A stretch of 64,000 nt of DNA from Amphiscolops sp. MND2022 (lineage: Eukaryota), in assembly GCA_964187785.1 (NCBI GenBank), contig OZ076409.1, positions 84,074,001-84,138,000 on the forward strand, given 5' to 3'. The notes under the pieces are model-generated. The model was not told where the DNA came from, did not search any database, and saw only the letters and a list, made by a program, of their open reading frames with translations. The position numbers and the translations under genes were made by a program. Positions 1 through 12,400 of this stretch are shown here, piece after piece. Within the stretch, counting starts at the first letter, position 1. Each line of letters starts with the position of its first letter.

Positions 1-29
1 ACAAGTATTCCGAAGCAGAAGGTTCTCAC

Positions 30-950
30 TTTTTCGCCGCTATGAGACTCCTCCCTTTTTTCGGCTTTGTGAGACTTTTTTTTCGAAAATTTTTTAATGT
101 CCTCAAAGGGTCCTCCCTTCAATTTGTTTTGATATTTTGCAACAGAACGAATGTTAAAAAATCCCAAAGTGCCCCTTCTTTCAGATTTTTCGGCACCATG
201 AGACTGTTAAAAATTCTCATTTTTTTCGAAAATTTTTCAAAGACTCCTATGGCTTCCCCTTCAATTTCTTTTTGAAATTTTGCAACATAATGATTGTTAA
301 AAAATCTCAAAGGGCCCCCTTTTACAGTTTTCGGCATTGTAAGAAATTTCAAAATGAATAATTTTTGTCTTAAAATTAGGTTTTCTGAGGCACGCTATAT
401 CCGAATTTTGTTTTTTTTTAAAGACCGGCGTTTTTTCTATGCTACTTTTATCTAATCTGTTTTCATCGAAGCCCCCCTTCAATTTTTACTTAAATTGAAA
501 CGTTTTGCGAGCATAAAGGACTGCTCAAGGTTTTCGGCACTATGCGACTTACCGGAGACTTTCTTCAAAAAATTTTTCAAACAATTTCGAATTTTTTCCT
601 TATTTTTCTTTTTTAAAAAAATGTTTCCGGTTGAGAAAGATGAGTTTTTTTGCTGTTTCCAGTTGGGGAAGAATGGTTTTCGAGATTTATGCGTATCTCT
701 TCGGGTATTTTTTGGCGCTGTAAAATTGATGAAATTTTAACAATGTCATTTTACACTTGGTTCTCCGTATGATTTTGCTTATTTGGTTTTCTTCAAAAGT
801 CGCAACCTTCTGCGCAAGTGTTTGCGAAGCACGGCTTCGCCTCTGTGTAAAAAGTGAGAAATCAAACTTCAAAAAAATTGCCCAAAATGGTCCAAAATGC
901 GTCGAATTTTTTCAACATTTCAGCAAGTTTTGTATTGGTATTCGCCTTTC
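30..950. repeat. AT-rich dispersed repeat with recurring TTTTCGGCACTATGCGACT-like subunits
   Basis: Motif variants at ~31, ~187, ~327 and ~531, plus reverse-complement copies (GTCGCATAGTGCCGAAAA) at ~59395 and ~59520. The short ORFs here are F/K-rich artefacts of A/T runs. Confidence 0.45.
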
Positions 951-1395
951 GATTGGTATTCTATTACGCGTGACTGCAATGTTGAAGCAATGCTATTGCA
1001 CAATTATTCCACGGCGGAACAAGTGCCAGAGTTCAAGATGGGCCTCGTTCGAATTTTTGTTACGTAGTTGATAGTTTGAGTAGTGAAACAAATCTTTTTG
1101 GAATGCAGCGAGATTCCGGGATTCGTTTAGCTTCTGAAAAAAAGTTAGACAAAACTTCATTTTGACTTTGACTGCCCTTCGATAGAAAGTTGATGGAGTT
1201 AAAAACAATTTCATCGTACAGATTTTGTTTAGTCTGCCTTTGTTCTTATTTTTGCATGACTAAATATGTTTCGGACTTGGTCGGTATCATTTATCTTTGC
1301 AGGTCAGGACATATCTTCGATAGTCTCTGACTACGAGACTTCGTTTTGAACAAGACACCCCTGAGCATAGGTATATTTTCTCTCCCCGAACTATT

Positions 1396-1595
1396 CCTGT
1401 GACAATGAAATCGGAGGCTCAAGAGTAGGGAATGGTAGACAAACTTGCAGAATAACATAACGGAAACATTGAAATATTTGACCCTTTCAGATTAATTAAC
1501 CTGAAAGGGTCAAATATTTCAATGTTTCCGTTATGTTATTCTGCAAATCTGTATACCATTCCCTACTCTTGAGCCTCCGATTGCATCGTCACAGG
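1396..1595. repeat. 200-bp near-perfect palindrome (foldback/MITE-like)
   Basis: 1396-1490 (CCTGTGACAATGAAATCGGAGGCTCAAGAGTAGGG...CCCTTTCAG) is the reverse complement of 1501-1595 with a few mismatches. The centre is ATTAATTAAC. Confidence 0.9.
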
Positions 1596-2344
1596 TTCAT
1601 CTTAAGTCGCGTAAGTCACAGGTCGCTTAGGTTCATCATTCTCTCTTTCTGAAAAAAACTGCCTAAATTCCTATGCAAGAGTATGGTAAATTGCTAATTG
1701 TTTTGTCACTGAACTTTGCGGAAACAAACCCGCAATCTAACCCAGAAATTGTGAACCAATTGCATGAAACCGTCGAAGAAAAAAGTTTTCCTCAAAGTCC
1801 CGAAGTGGACACCGATTTAGCAGCCCTGCTTTCCTACTTGGTGCCCTTCTCGGATAATACCTCCCCATTTAAGCTACAGTACTATATTAGCAGCCAAATC
1901 GTCAAGCAAAAGACCGCTTGAATCTTTGTTCAGAAGTGACTGTCTCATATTCACAAACGTTTGATTGCTCACTGTTGCTCCATTTGTTATTTTCCGCCCA
2001 CATAAATGGGGGAGGAAAATCATGATCTGTGTTGCGTTTTTTTTTTTACAAATTCTGCCAAATCTCCATTTTATACTTGCTCCATTTACTTACTCACATG
2101 TAGTTACCTACTCACGTGTAGCTACATTATATGCCATTAGAGTGCATAGGCAAGCTTAATTTGCTCAAAGCGCAATTTGTGCTTTCAATACCTCGGATTC
2201 CACGACCATACCTTTAACCATGCAAAATTGACAAATTACGTCATAAGTCCCGGATTCCACAAACAAGCATTCCACGGACAAGCAGCGGAATTTTCGTGTC
2301 CCGGATTCCACGACAAGCAGCAAAATAGCTTGCCTATGCACTGT

Positions 2345-2655
2345 AATGGCGAACTTTTGACGTTATATCCGATGTAAATTGCGTTTTACTACAGAGGAAG
2401 CGGAGGTTCCAAAATATTGCGCTATATCCGAATTTTTGACGTTATATCCGAACTATGTTGCGTTTCACTAAGGAGGAGGCGGAGGTTCGAAAAAGTGGGC
2501 CCTATTTGTCCCAGCACGCTATATCAGAACTTTTGACGTTCTATCCGAAGTAAATTGTGTTTTACTAAGGAGGACGCGGAGTTTCAATGTTATTGCGCTA
2601 TATCCGAATTTCGACGTTGTATCCAAAGTAATTGCGTTTCACCAAGAAGAAGGTA
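2345..2655. repeat. degenerate tandem repeat, about 4 units of ~80-95 bp
   Basis: GAA(C/T)TTTTGACGTTATATCCGA...TTGCGTTTTACTAAGGAGGA.GCGGAG recurs at ~2351, ~2430, ~2527 and ~2606. Confidence 0.75.
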
Positions 2656-3163
2656 AATTTTTGAGTAAGCGTTTATAGTTAGTCAATTGAAGGGGGAAAA
2701 TATCCTGGTGCATAGCGGGCGTCTTGTTTCATTCACAATGTGTGAATTTTTGTCACAACCATGCCACATGCCAGTAATTTAATGATGCAGGACTTACTCA
2801 AGGCTCAATAATGGTGAGTTAAGAAATTTTCGTACCGGATACAGCGATCTAACCTAACGTTTCAAACAGTATACCAGGATCCTAAAAAGGATTCTTTAAC
2901 ACGCTTATATGCGAAATATTTGAATGAAAATTTTTTTTTCTTTTACAAAATTTAGTAAGTTCCCTAATTATTTTGATTTCTACCTCTTTGATGCTTTATA
3001 CCGACTTAAACGTCAAAAATTTGCACGAAAAGCATAACACGTTCTTAGGTTTTTACCTACAGACCTTCATTTTTTGAACAGACGTTTGCTGGAAAACCAA
3101 ACATTTTGTTGTTCTCTGTAGACTGTTACCCCCACAAAGATGTTCGAAAACAAATGTTGCAAA

Positions 3164-3584
3164 CAGTCACATGACATTTCGTCCTACACACTTTCAACCT
3201 ATGCAATTTCAACCATTGTCATTTCAACCGCTCACAATTTCAACCTATTGCATTTTGGCTAATGGATCCTAATTAGTTGCATCATTATTTTGGTGGTGTC
3301 AACGTTCATACATTTCTTAAATCAAATAGGCGAATTTTTACACCAATTTTGATACGTTTTGGCTTCTTCATGAATGATTACCAATAATTAAGGCCGTTTG
3401 ATTCATTAGTAATTATTGTACTGAAATAATAGCTCAACTGAATTATGACTAAATTGCCAAAATTAGATTAGGGTCGAAATTGCGGACGGTTGAAAATGTA
3501 ATAGGTTGAAATTGTGAGCGATTGAAATGGCAACGGTTGAAATCGCATAGGTTGAAATTATACTGGATGAAATGTCCTGACACC
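3164..3584. mobile_element. MITE-like element with ~90-bp TIRs built of TTTCAACC subrepeats
   Basis: The left arm GACATTTC...(TTTCAACC)x4...TGCATTTT (3173-3256) mirrors the right arm AAAATGTA...(GGTTGAAA)x4...GAAATGTC (3493-3576). There is no coding capacity. Confidence 0.7.
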
Positions 3585-4945
3585 GTTGCATACACCGGTT
3601 TAAAGTCTAAGAATCAATTTTTCTCGTTCCAGGCATTTTTTCAGAAAACTTCTTGGTTCTGCAAACTAAAATAACCTTAATTGCCCATTATTAAGTTGGG
3701 TTTAATGATTATTCATGACGAAAAACACAAAAGATAGTTTCAAAGTCACAAAAAAGTGTCGAAACTCATTAATATTACTTAACAAATTGTCGAAAAATTT
3801 CAAGATTCTGATTCGTTTTTAGGGCTTTTTTCACCCCCGACTGGTGTTTCTCTTCGCAAGAACCGTCGTGTGTAGCTTGTTATTACTTTGTTTAGCTCTG
3901 TGTACATAAGAGGGAAAATTCATTATCGAGAAAAATGTGGTAGAAGTTTTTGTTACGAAAAGAGTAATCGGATCGAGCACTTCGACTTGTCATTGAGGTA
4001 TCCATTTCAGATGACTCCTTCAGAAGGTTATTGGGCATTATTGTGAGACTAAAAAAGCAATAATCCCGGAGTCTCAGTTTTCAACAACTTCGATTTAAGC
4101 TTCTTTGCGTAACCTTTCACTGCTTCCAAACAAGCGGTTTTCGAAACATATTTGGAGGCCTTCAATATTGATTTTCATGATAAAGTAGTTTATCCAGCTC
4201 TCATGTTGGATAAACGGAACGACATACGAAAATTAACGGAGATTGATTGAAAAAAAAGGAAGCCCAAAGTGCAAATGAGACCCCAGGCTTTTTTCAGCTT
4301 GTCAAATATTGTGGCTCTCGTACAGTTAAAAATTAACTTCTTTCATGCTTATTTTAGTTTCGGTTTCCCGTGTAAGTTTCAAGTTGAAAACAGTTAGATT
4401 GACATTTTGACTTTTGTAAGCTGTTTGTTCACAAATTTAATCTGTTATTACATCCATCGCTACACAAAAGACAGGTGATTGTCTAAACAGATTATCGACA
4501 ATATTTAAGAACCAAAAAACTGGCGAACATTTCAAAAACGTTTCCATCATAACGCCTACCCGCTGAAAACAGCTTTCGGTATCAGCGTTCATCAAGAAAA
4601 CACTGTGCGATTACAGCAATGTATAGTAATCAACGTTTGTAATAGCGACGCAGTTGAAAATTTTTCATTGTCACGAGCTTAGTTCGAACAGCTTAGCACA
4701 GCCAAAATTCTGAGCTAATAAAAACCGGCATACTTTCATAAAAACGCACGTTTTGGCTATTCTCAAATGCAAAGTCCAGTCTCTCGTTACATTCAAAACA
4801 ATTGCTGAACGATTTTTATTACATTGCATTTTTTTCTTCACCATGGATTTGCTCCGCGGTTATTTTTGAGCTTGAATTCGAAAAAAATCCTCCTTTTATG
4901 AATTCGCTGGCTTTATTAAAAAACACATAAAGTTGACTGGAGAAA

Positions 4946-6967
4946 ATGGCAGAGACTTTGAACCAAGGACGACACTCGAGTCGGATCAGTGTGGATAATA
5001 TAAGCAATTTGATTGGCGGACGAGGAACCAACTCCCCGAACTCTCAAAGCCGAGACGCCTATTTGGACTACCCTTCGTCCGGATTGTTGAGTCACAAGCT
5101 TTACGATGATATGCTCCAGAAGTACAAAATAATCGCCGAGCAGTCTCAACAAGAAGTCGCATCTTCCAACTTCAGAATCAAATCTTTGGAGACGGAGCTG
5201 GAAGAGCTGAAAGCAAAGCATGCCTCGTCCGAAGAGCAAAGGTTCAATTCCCGAACGAACCAGAATCTTTTGGAAGAGAAGCTGCAGAAAGAAGTTGCGT
5301 TGACTTCATCATTGCAGAATTCTTACACAGACATAGAAGACAAATATAAACAAATGGAAACTGCTTACCACGAGCAAAGAATGAAATTCAACGATTTGCA
5401 AAATGACCTGGATGAAAAAATGGCCAAGTTGAAGTCGTCGGAAGAACAAGGAATCTTAGCAAAGGAAACAATAATTTTGCTGGAAAACAGATTGGGAGAT
5501 TACGAAAAGTCGATCAAAAAAACATTCATCACTGCAACCGGAAATGACGCTGAAGAGTTGCCAATTGAGGAACTTTTGCTGCAAATAAGGAATTGTATTG
5601 AAGACAACACTGGATTCAAGGAAAAGTACGAAAACCTCCAAGGCATGATGGGTAGCATGGAAAACGAGAACAACGCGGGACGGGCAACAATTTTGAGACT
5701 GGTCGGGGAGATGGAGGCTGAAAAAGCGAACAACGACATTTTGAAGAAAGAAGCAGATAGTTTGGGGAAAGAACAGAAAGCTCTTCAACTGAAGAAAGAA
5801 GAGCTGGAACGAGATAATTCCGAATTGAGGAAACTTTTGAACATAGCAAACCAAAAACTGGTCGAAAAAGATCAGGCTCTGGAGAAGCAAATGTCTATGA
5901 TGCAAATAGAGATAACCAGTGCCCGGCATGAGACATTGCAGACCAAAAACGCCCAGACGGATCTTCAGTCAGTGCATCAACGAGAGCTGTCACACTTGAG
6001 AATCGACATGGAAAGATTTCGCAACGAGTTCGTTGATATTTTCAAGCGATTTGGCATCACACTTGAGCCATGGGACAACGCTCAGGCTTTAGCCGCGACT
6101 CTAGACACGTTGACCAAACTCCAGGAAACCATCAGACAAAAAGATGAAATTCAAATGCAATTGAACATTTTGCAAGAAAATTCGGCACATGAACTTCAGA
6201 AGTACGAGCTCATGTACAAATGTGCCTCAATGGCCGAGGAAAAACTGAAAGTGAACACAGAACACATAGCAGCGTTAGAATCGAGAATCTCTTTCACACA
6301 AGCCGATGTGGAAGAGCTTGCAAGATTGAAAGAACAGTTCACAAACTTCATTGCGAAACTTTCGAGTTTGCTGAAGTTAGAATCTATCATGTCTGAAGTT
6401 GGTCTCAATCTGAATGTAGAAGCAGTAACATTAAGAGTGCAGAAACTAGCTGAGAGGGAAGACGCGACTTTGATAGAGAAATCTAGCATCATTAGAAGGC
6501 TAGAGAAGAAGAACCGAACTTTGAGAGACCAATTAGAAAGCAAGGAACTGCATCTAGACATGATACGCAAAAAACTGGAACACGCGGACGAAGAATCGCC
6601 AGGGGGATTGCACTACTTGAATACCCAATTAAGAGCGAGTCAGAAACACAACGAGATTCTGGAGTCACAACTTGCGGAAGCGAAAACAAAAATCATGGAG
6701 TTGAAGGCGATTTTGCAAAATGTGAGGGACATAAAATTGCGCATTGTTGATGGAGGGGATATTGGGAACGCTGTGGATGTGGAATGGGGATTGGAGGTAT
6801 CCGAGAACGCTTCGCAATTGAGTGGGGATGCCCAGAACTCGCGGACGGTTTCTCAAGTTGTGGAAAATATAAATTCTTCTCCAAAACCGAGAACCAAAAC
6901 GGACAAAAACAAAACACAAGAATCCTATTTGAAGGTGAAGAGTGTCAAAATTAATGAAAGAGTCTAA
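4946..6967 (+). CDS. CCDC170-like coiled-coil protein (673 aa, single exon)
   Basis: Long heptad-rich ORF. The segment KLSSLLKLESIMSEVGLNLNVEAVTLRVQKLAERE...LRDQLESKELHLDMIRKKL resembles, from memory, the conserved C-terminal ESKELH block of CCDC170. Confidence 0.7.
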   Translation: MAETLNQGRHSSRISVDNISNLIGGRGTNSPNSQSRDAYLDYPSSGLLSHKLYDDMLQKYKIIAEQSQQEVASSNFRIKSLETELEELKAKHASSEEQRFNSRTNQNLLEEKLQKEVALTSSLQNSYTDIEDKYKQMETAYHEQRMKFNDLQNDLDEKMAKLKSSEEQGILAKETIILLENRLGDYEKSIKKTFITATGNDAEELPIEELLLQIRNCIEDNTGFKEKYENLQGMMGSMENENNAGRATILRLVGEMEAEKANNDILKKEADSLGKEQKALQLKKEELERDNSELRKLLNIANQKLVEKDQALEKQMSMMQIEITSARHETLQTKNAQTDLQSVHQRELSHLRIDMERFRNEFVDIFKRFGITLEPWDNAQALAATLDTLTKLQETIRQKDEIQMQLNILQENSAHELQKYELMYKCASMAEEKLKVNTEHIAALESRISFTQADVEELARLKEQFTNFIAKLSSLLKLESIMSEVGLNLNVEAVTLRVQKLAEREDATLIEKSSIIRRLEKKNRTLRDQLESKELHLDMIRKKLEHADEESPGGLHYLNTQLRASQKHNEILESQLAEAKTKIMELKAILQNVRDIKLRIVDGGDIGNAVDVEWGLEVSENASQLSGDAQNSRTVSQVVENINSSPKPRTKTDKNKTQESYLKVKSVKINERV

Positions 6968-9009
6968 GAGATTATATTTCAATAATTTTTCTTTACATGT
7001 TCACATTTTATGTTATTTTTAGCAATTCAAAGAAATGAAAAAGTTTGACTTTCATACAATTAGTGAAACAAAGCATTATAAAACTTCGTAAGCGCAACAT
7101 GCCCGTTGGGATATGTTCAGCTCTGAACCATTTTTAACGACACTCATAGAAACATTCAAAACGTGCAAAAAAGTCCAAAAACTGAAACATTACCATTTTA
7201 AATTTCGGTAACTTCTTCTTGATGTTCTTCATGAACACAATTCATTACTAACTTGATCAAAACGGTGTCACCGTGATCCCCTCTTGTTAATCCCCACGGG
7301 CAATCTAGACTCTAAAACTTCTCACGGAGAAATGCATGGACTTCTGGTAAGTATCAATAAAGCTCTATTTGAATAAAAAATTTTATTTGTACATGTAAAA
7401 ACATGAAAATTTTTTTTTATTGAAACTACAGGTGTGAGAGTTTTTTCGAGTTTTCCCAAATCATATTGGGAGGTTTCAAACATCTGAAATGAAAGTGAAA
7501 ATTATATACTACAATCAGAAAACTGACACTTTCGGGAAAAATCTGAAACGTCTAAATACTGTCAACAGGAAACCAAAATGTCTGATGGAAATTCGGTCCT
7601 CAAAAATGAACTATCACTCAAAAACTCACGACCTTGGGCTACAACTACAAACAATTGCAAAGTCAAAACCTTTATGAAAAAGGAAACTTTTTTCAGTAGC
7701 AGTCAAAAGATTGCAAGCCTTTGGAGATTTGCAGATAGAAAGTCACAATACGAAGCAAACGTAGTGACGAAAATACCGGTAAGGAAGTCAACAAAGAAAG
7801 AATGGCAACTCAAGGATGTCTATGCTTCGAAAAGGGAAAAAGACATGAAAAAATTTCGACTTGTAAACAAAAAGAAGTCAAAACTTGCTAATGATGCAGT
7901 GCTTGCAACGTTGCAACGAGGTGAACTATCGATACACTTTTCATGTGACAAGACCCAAGCTGTTGCATTAATAGTATTTGAGCACAAGACTGTACTAGTA
8001 CTGAACATCAAGTCAATGTGGTATCAAAAATTAACTTCTAGTTCTACTTGAAACCAGATAAACATGCAATCATTGAAACGTGGATAAGAAATAAAAACGA
8101 TGATTCGGAAAACTATAAAGTTGAAACACTATCGGTTTGTCAAAAATGCTACATGAAGTTCTGGAGGCGTTGCTTGGTACATCAGCGGTACAGTAAAATT
8201 CGGACAATTTTCTTTAAACAGACCTTGAATGAAAAATCATACATGTGATCTTTATATATGATCAAATATTTTCCGTTTTTAGACCAAAAACGTTTTGACT
8301 AACAAAGCTCCTAACTCAATTAGAGCAATTGCTGCATTTGTTGAAATCTTCGATAATTGAAATGAATCGATGAATCTCTATTACATGTTCGATATCGATA
8401 CATTGAAAAAAAACCGGAATCTAAAACCAATTGTGACAACTATTCCCTAACGTACCTTTTTTTAACCGCGAATTTTTGTACCCACTTTAATGACATTAAC
8501 AATTAGAACATGCCCTAAGGAAGGTATTTCATCTTTTGAAATTTTTTACTGAAGACTTGAAAACTGGTCTCAAAGACCACTTCAAGATGACAGCCAAACT
8601 ACTTTATGGAAAAGTATCCATTGAGAAAATCATTGAGCAACCGATCATGAGAAGAAACTTGAAGAGCTTAAAAAACGGAAAATCTTGTCAAAGGTGATAA
8701 AAGGAAAATGGAGACCGGTAAAGGCTCAAAAAAGCTAGATCCTTTTGTCGCGGGCTACCGCCTGCGATGGCAACCAATAACAGAATGCTTCCAATGACAC
8801 GCCTCCACCTCCTGGAGTATTACCACTATAAGCCACGTGGACTAGCAGTCCACGACTTGTATCTACTTTACAAACAATTGAAACTTATAAACTAGCCTTA
8901 TTATAATTTCGTTCTCTTACGGACCTTAAGTCCACGTTGCGAAGTGCGACCTATAGTTGGAATAATATTCTTAGTTTAGTGCTTTAATAGCACTGAAATA
9001 TCACAACAA

Positions 9010-9280
9010 GTGTCAAGGAAACTAGATGAACATAAAAGAGATTTAAATACCCAAATTACAGAGTGTATAAGTTCGGCGATTCAAGAAACTATTCTTCCTT
9101 CCTCTCAGAATTCATTGTCAGTCCTGAATAGTGGGTTAGGGACAAATGTGGACTCAAGGTCCAGTAGACTAAACAGGAACACCGAAGGTAAAAAGCACCA
9201 AAGTGCTTGGGGAAATACCCAATACTCACTTCAGATAAACTCCAATAATCATCCCCTTCTATTTTGTAGGGATTATCGCA
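9010..9280 (+). pseudogene. probable fragment of a Gypsy LTR carrying a Gag N-terminal segment
   Basis: Short coiled-coil/Ser-rich frame (SRKLDEHKRDLNTQITECISSAIQE...) that ends near GGATTATCGCA, similar to the GGATTATCACA LTR terminus at 39891/54710. Confidence 0.3.
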
Positions 9281-9434
9281 ACACTTTTCAATACACCGGA
9301 AACTTTTTTTTTGAGAAAATTCTCACTGACATCAATGTGCCGAGAAAACCCTTAAGAGAACACTTGAAATACGATAAAAACTTTTCCCAAACTGGAAGCA
9401 AAATCAGAAAACACAAATTTCTGATGAATGTTTG

Positions 9435-12400
9435 TGTCATACGGTTCATTCGATCAATATGACCTTTACAGTATTTCGGTCGTAGACTACCTGTCCGTGT
9501 TTACAAACAAAAACTATAGATATAAAACTGTTTCTTCATTTTGAGTTGGATGCTATTAGATTTTAGTTACAAAGCATAATTGAAAGTTCTAGAACCTACC
9601 TTATTGTGAAATGGCGCAGTCAGCAAGATTTAGAATCCAGACACAACAAATTTCTTTACAACCCAAGCGATGGCAGAAAAACACGATACCGAGCCTAGAA
9701 GCAAAGCAACGGAGGGAAGTCCGGTAATTACACCGAAACAATGGCTGGAAAGGTTCCGGCAGTTTTGCAAAAGAGAACACAAGCTTGACATTACACCGTT
9801 GCTGAAGGGAGAAGATGTTACGGAGAACGGATTGACCGGAAAAGCACAAGCTATACAAGAAGAGTTTATATGGGGAGTGGGACCCGAAGCACTCTACCAA
9901 ATAACCAGATCTAAGTACAAAACGGAGCCCGATAACATAAAAGTGAAAGATTTAATACTGTTATTTACCGAGTACGACTTACCGAAACGTATCACTTACC
10001 ACAACCGAGGAGACATCTTTTGGGCTAAACAAACCAAAGATGAAATAACGGAATAATTTTGGTGAGGATTACTCGAAATCGAAAAAGAATGCAATTTCAA
10101 AACAGTTCAGTCAAAGAACTACGGATATCAAAATATATGACAGCAATCACCGGCTAGAAATTACGGGACAAAATGTTGAAGGAAAAAATATTGGATCTGT
10201 AAAAACTATCGTAATAATTAAACAAAATACATATGAAAGGAAGAACAAAAAGAACACAATACCGGAAGCATTAGTTACAACGAAAAAACGACAAACCATA
10301 AAAGAAGAACCGATACAAAGAATGGAGAAATTTGGAGCGAGATGAAAGAGCAAATATTCCGGAAATAAAGGAAAACCGGAATCCGACCATGTTGATTCTA
10401 CAATGCATCAAACTGGAGCCCCATACACAAATGTCCCGCACAAGAGTCAAATTGTAACAACCCTTCCGGTAAGCACCAGGATATTTTCCGCGACACGCCT
10501 ATTGCAAAAAGTATAGAGAAGGAGAGGACCGAACCCACGGCCTACTGGCTGGGACACACAAAATAAATTCGAAGCCCCAGCCCGGGTTCGAACCTACGAC
10601 CTATTGGCTGGGAAAGTAATAGGTGAAGTGCACTTCACTCCATGGAGTGGAGATAAAGTGGAGTTTCAGCAGAGTTTGTAAAAAAAACGCGTCACAGATC
10701 ATGATTTTCCATTTGTGTAGGCGGAAAATAACAAATGCGGTAAGAAAGGAGGATGAAGAAACGAATGAACCGAACGAAACAATGAATGAGTTCTATGAGA
10801 GTTTAAACCATTTGGAAGGATCAAAACAATCGACGACAGACGTAAACAATACACAGCAGTTGTACGAATAAACGGAATAAAAAAGGAATTTGTTATAGAC
10901 ACCGGATCACCAGTAACGACATTGCCACCAGACGAGTGAACAACGGAGAAAACCGAAATGCAGGAAAAACAAACCGATATCAAAAAAAAACAAGAAGGCA
11001 GTGAAGTTCCGGGGGACAATACTGACAAACATGAAATACGAAAACAACAAAATAAAGATGGAAATACTGATAACCGAACGATCGGATATAACACCACTAC
11101 TCGGAATGGACTCGATGAGAAAATTTCAAACTGACAATCGGAAGAGTACAAGTAATTGAAATGAACCAATCAGAACACGAGAAATCATTCAGAAAGTTTC
11201 CGGACTTGCTTGAAAACAACCGAACTGTAAAATATAGAGAATTAAAACATACAACTTGAACCGGGGTTTTATCCGGTAAAACAGAAAGCTAGATTGATAC
11301 CACTACTCTTACAAGAAGATGCAGGAATGAAAATACAAAAGTTAATTAAAACCGGACATTCAGAGAAAATAAATAACGTGGATGAAGATTGTTTTATCAC
11401 AGGGCGTGATAACAGTAAAGCATGATAAATCGGTAAAAATTGCCCTAGATTCCTGCAACTTGCATGACAGCTGTATAAAAAGAAGACCTCACAGAGACCG
11501 AACAGTACAGCTATTCACTTCAAAAATCGATTTAGGTTACGCATACGGACAAATGAAACTGTCCGAAGAAATGAGCCGACAATGTCTATTTGCAACTGAC
11601 GGAACGAAATTGAGCGGATTATTCCAATTCAGAATACGGTTTTACGGACTTGCCAGCTTACCGACATTTCAAGGGAAAATTCACCGAACAGTGGAATACA
11701 GTACACCAGCTTGGATGAACGACATAATAGTAGTGACACGCGGAAGCAAACAAGATCATGAACAAAAACTATTCGAGGTTTTATCGAAACTCAGAAACGC
11801 CGGATACCGATTAGGTAAAAGAAATCCAAATTCTTCCTAAAACACATGAAGTGACTGGTCCATGAAATTGACGAAAACGGAACCAAACCGAACGAAGAAA
11901 AAGAGGAAGCGACATTGAAATTGAAAAAACCGAATCACGCAAAAGAATTAAAAACCTTTTCGATGCAATTCAATTTTTAAACAAAATCTTTAGCGAAGTA
12001 ATCGGAGAGGAGAGACACTCTTAGAAAACTACTGAAAAAGAACAAACCAAGGAAATGAGGAGATGATTAAGAAAATGATTTCAATCGATCAATTCAATCG
12101 TTTCGATCAAACAAATGCTAACTAAAAGGCCATGCTTGGCACACTATGCAAAAGATAAATAAAACAGGGTAACAACAGACGCAAGCAAAACCGGAATCTG
12201 AATTACCTTTTAGCAGAAACAAGACAATAGGGAAATCAAATTGATCACGTTCGGTAGCAGATACTTAAACGATTCCGAAACAAATTACTCGATGGGCGAA
12301 ACTTAGATTTCATCTCTAAGGAAAGCACGTACAATTATACACCGATTATCAAGCATTAGAACCGCGAATGAAACGGAACCGGTGTAACGATCAATATAGC

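Noticed and set aside
2345..2655. CRISPR-like array
   Set aside because: Units are degenerate along their whole length with no unique spacers, there are no cas genes and the context is eukaryotic.
5456..6982. Antisense ORFs over the coiled-coil gene (and similar ones over pol, MCP and ATPase)
   Set aside because: Shadow frames of real coding sequence.
7489..8248. Cluster of short plus-strand ORFs
   Set aside because: Fragmented with no recognisable domain; probably a decayed repeat or pseudogene I cannot identify.
10525..10615. tRNA gene (also 57228-57290 and 59088-59135)
   Set aside because: Only a B-box/T-arm-like motif is present; no acceptor stem or complete cloverleaf.
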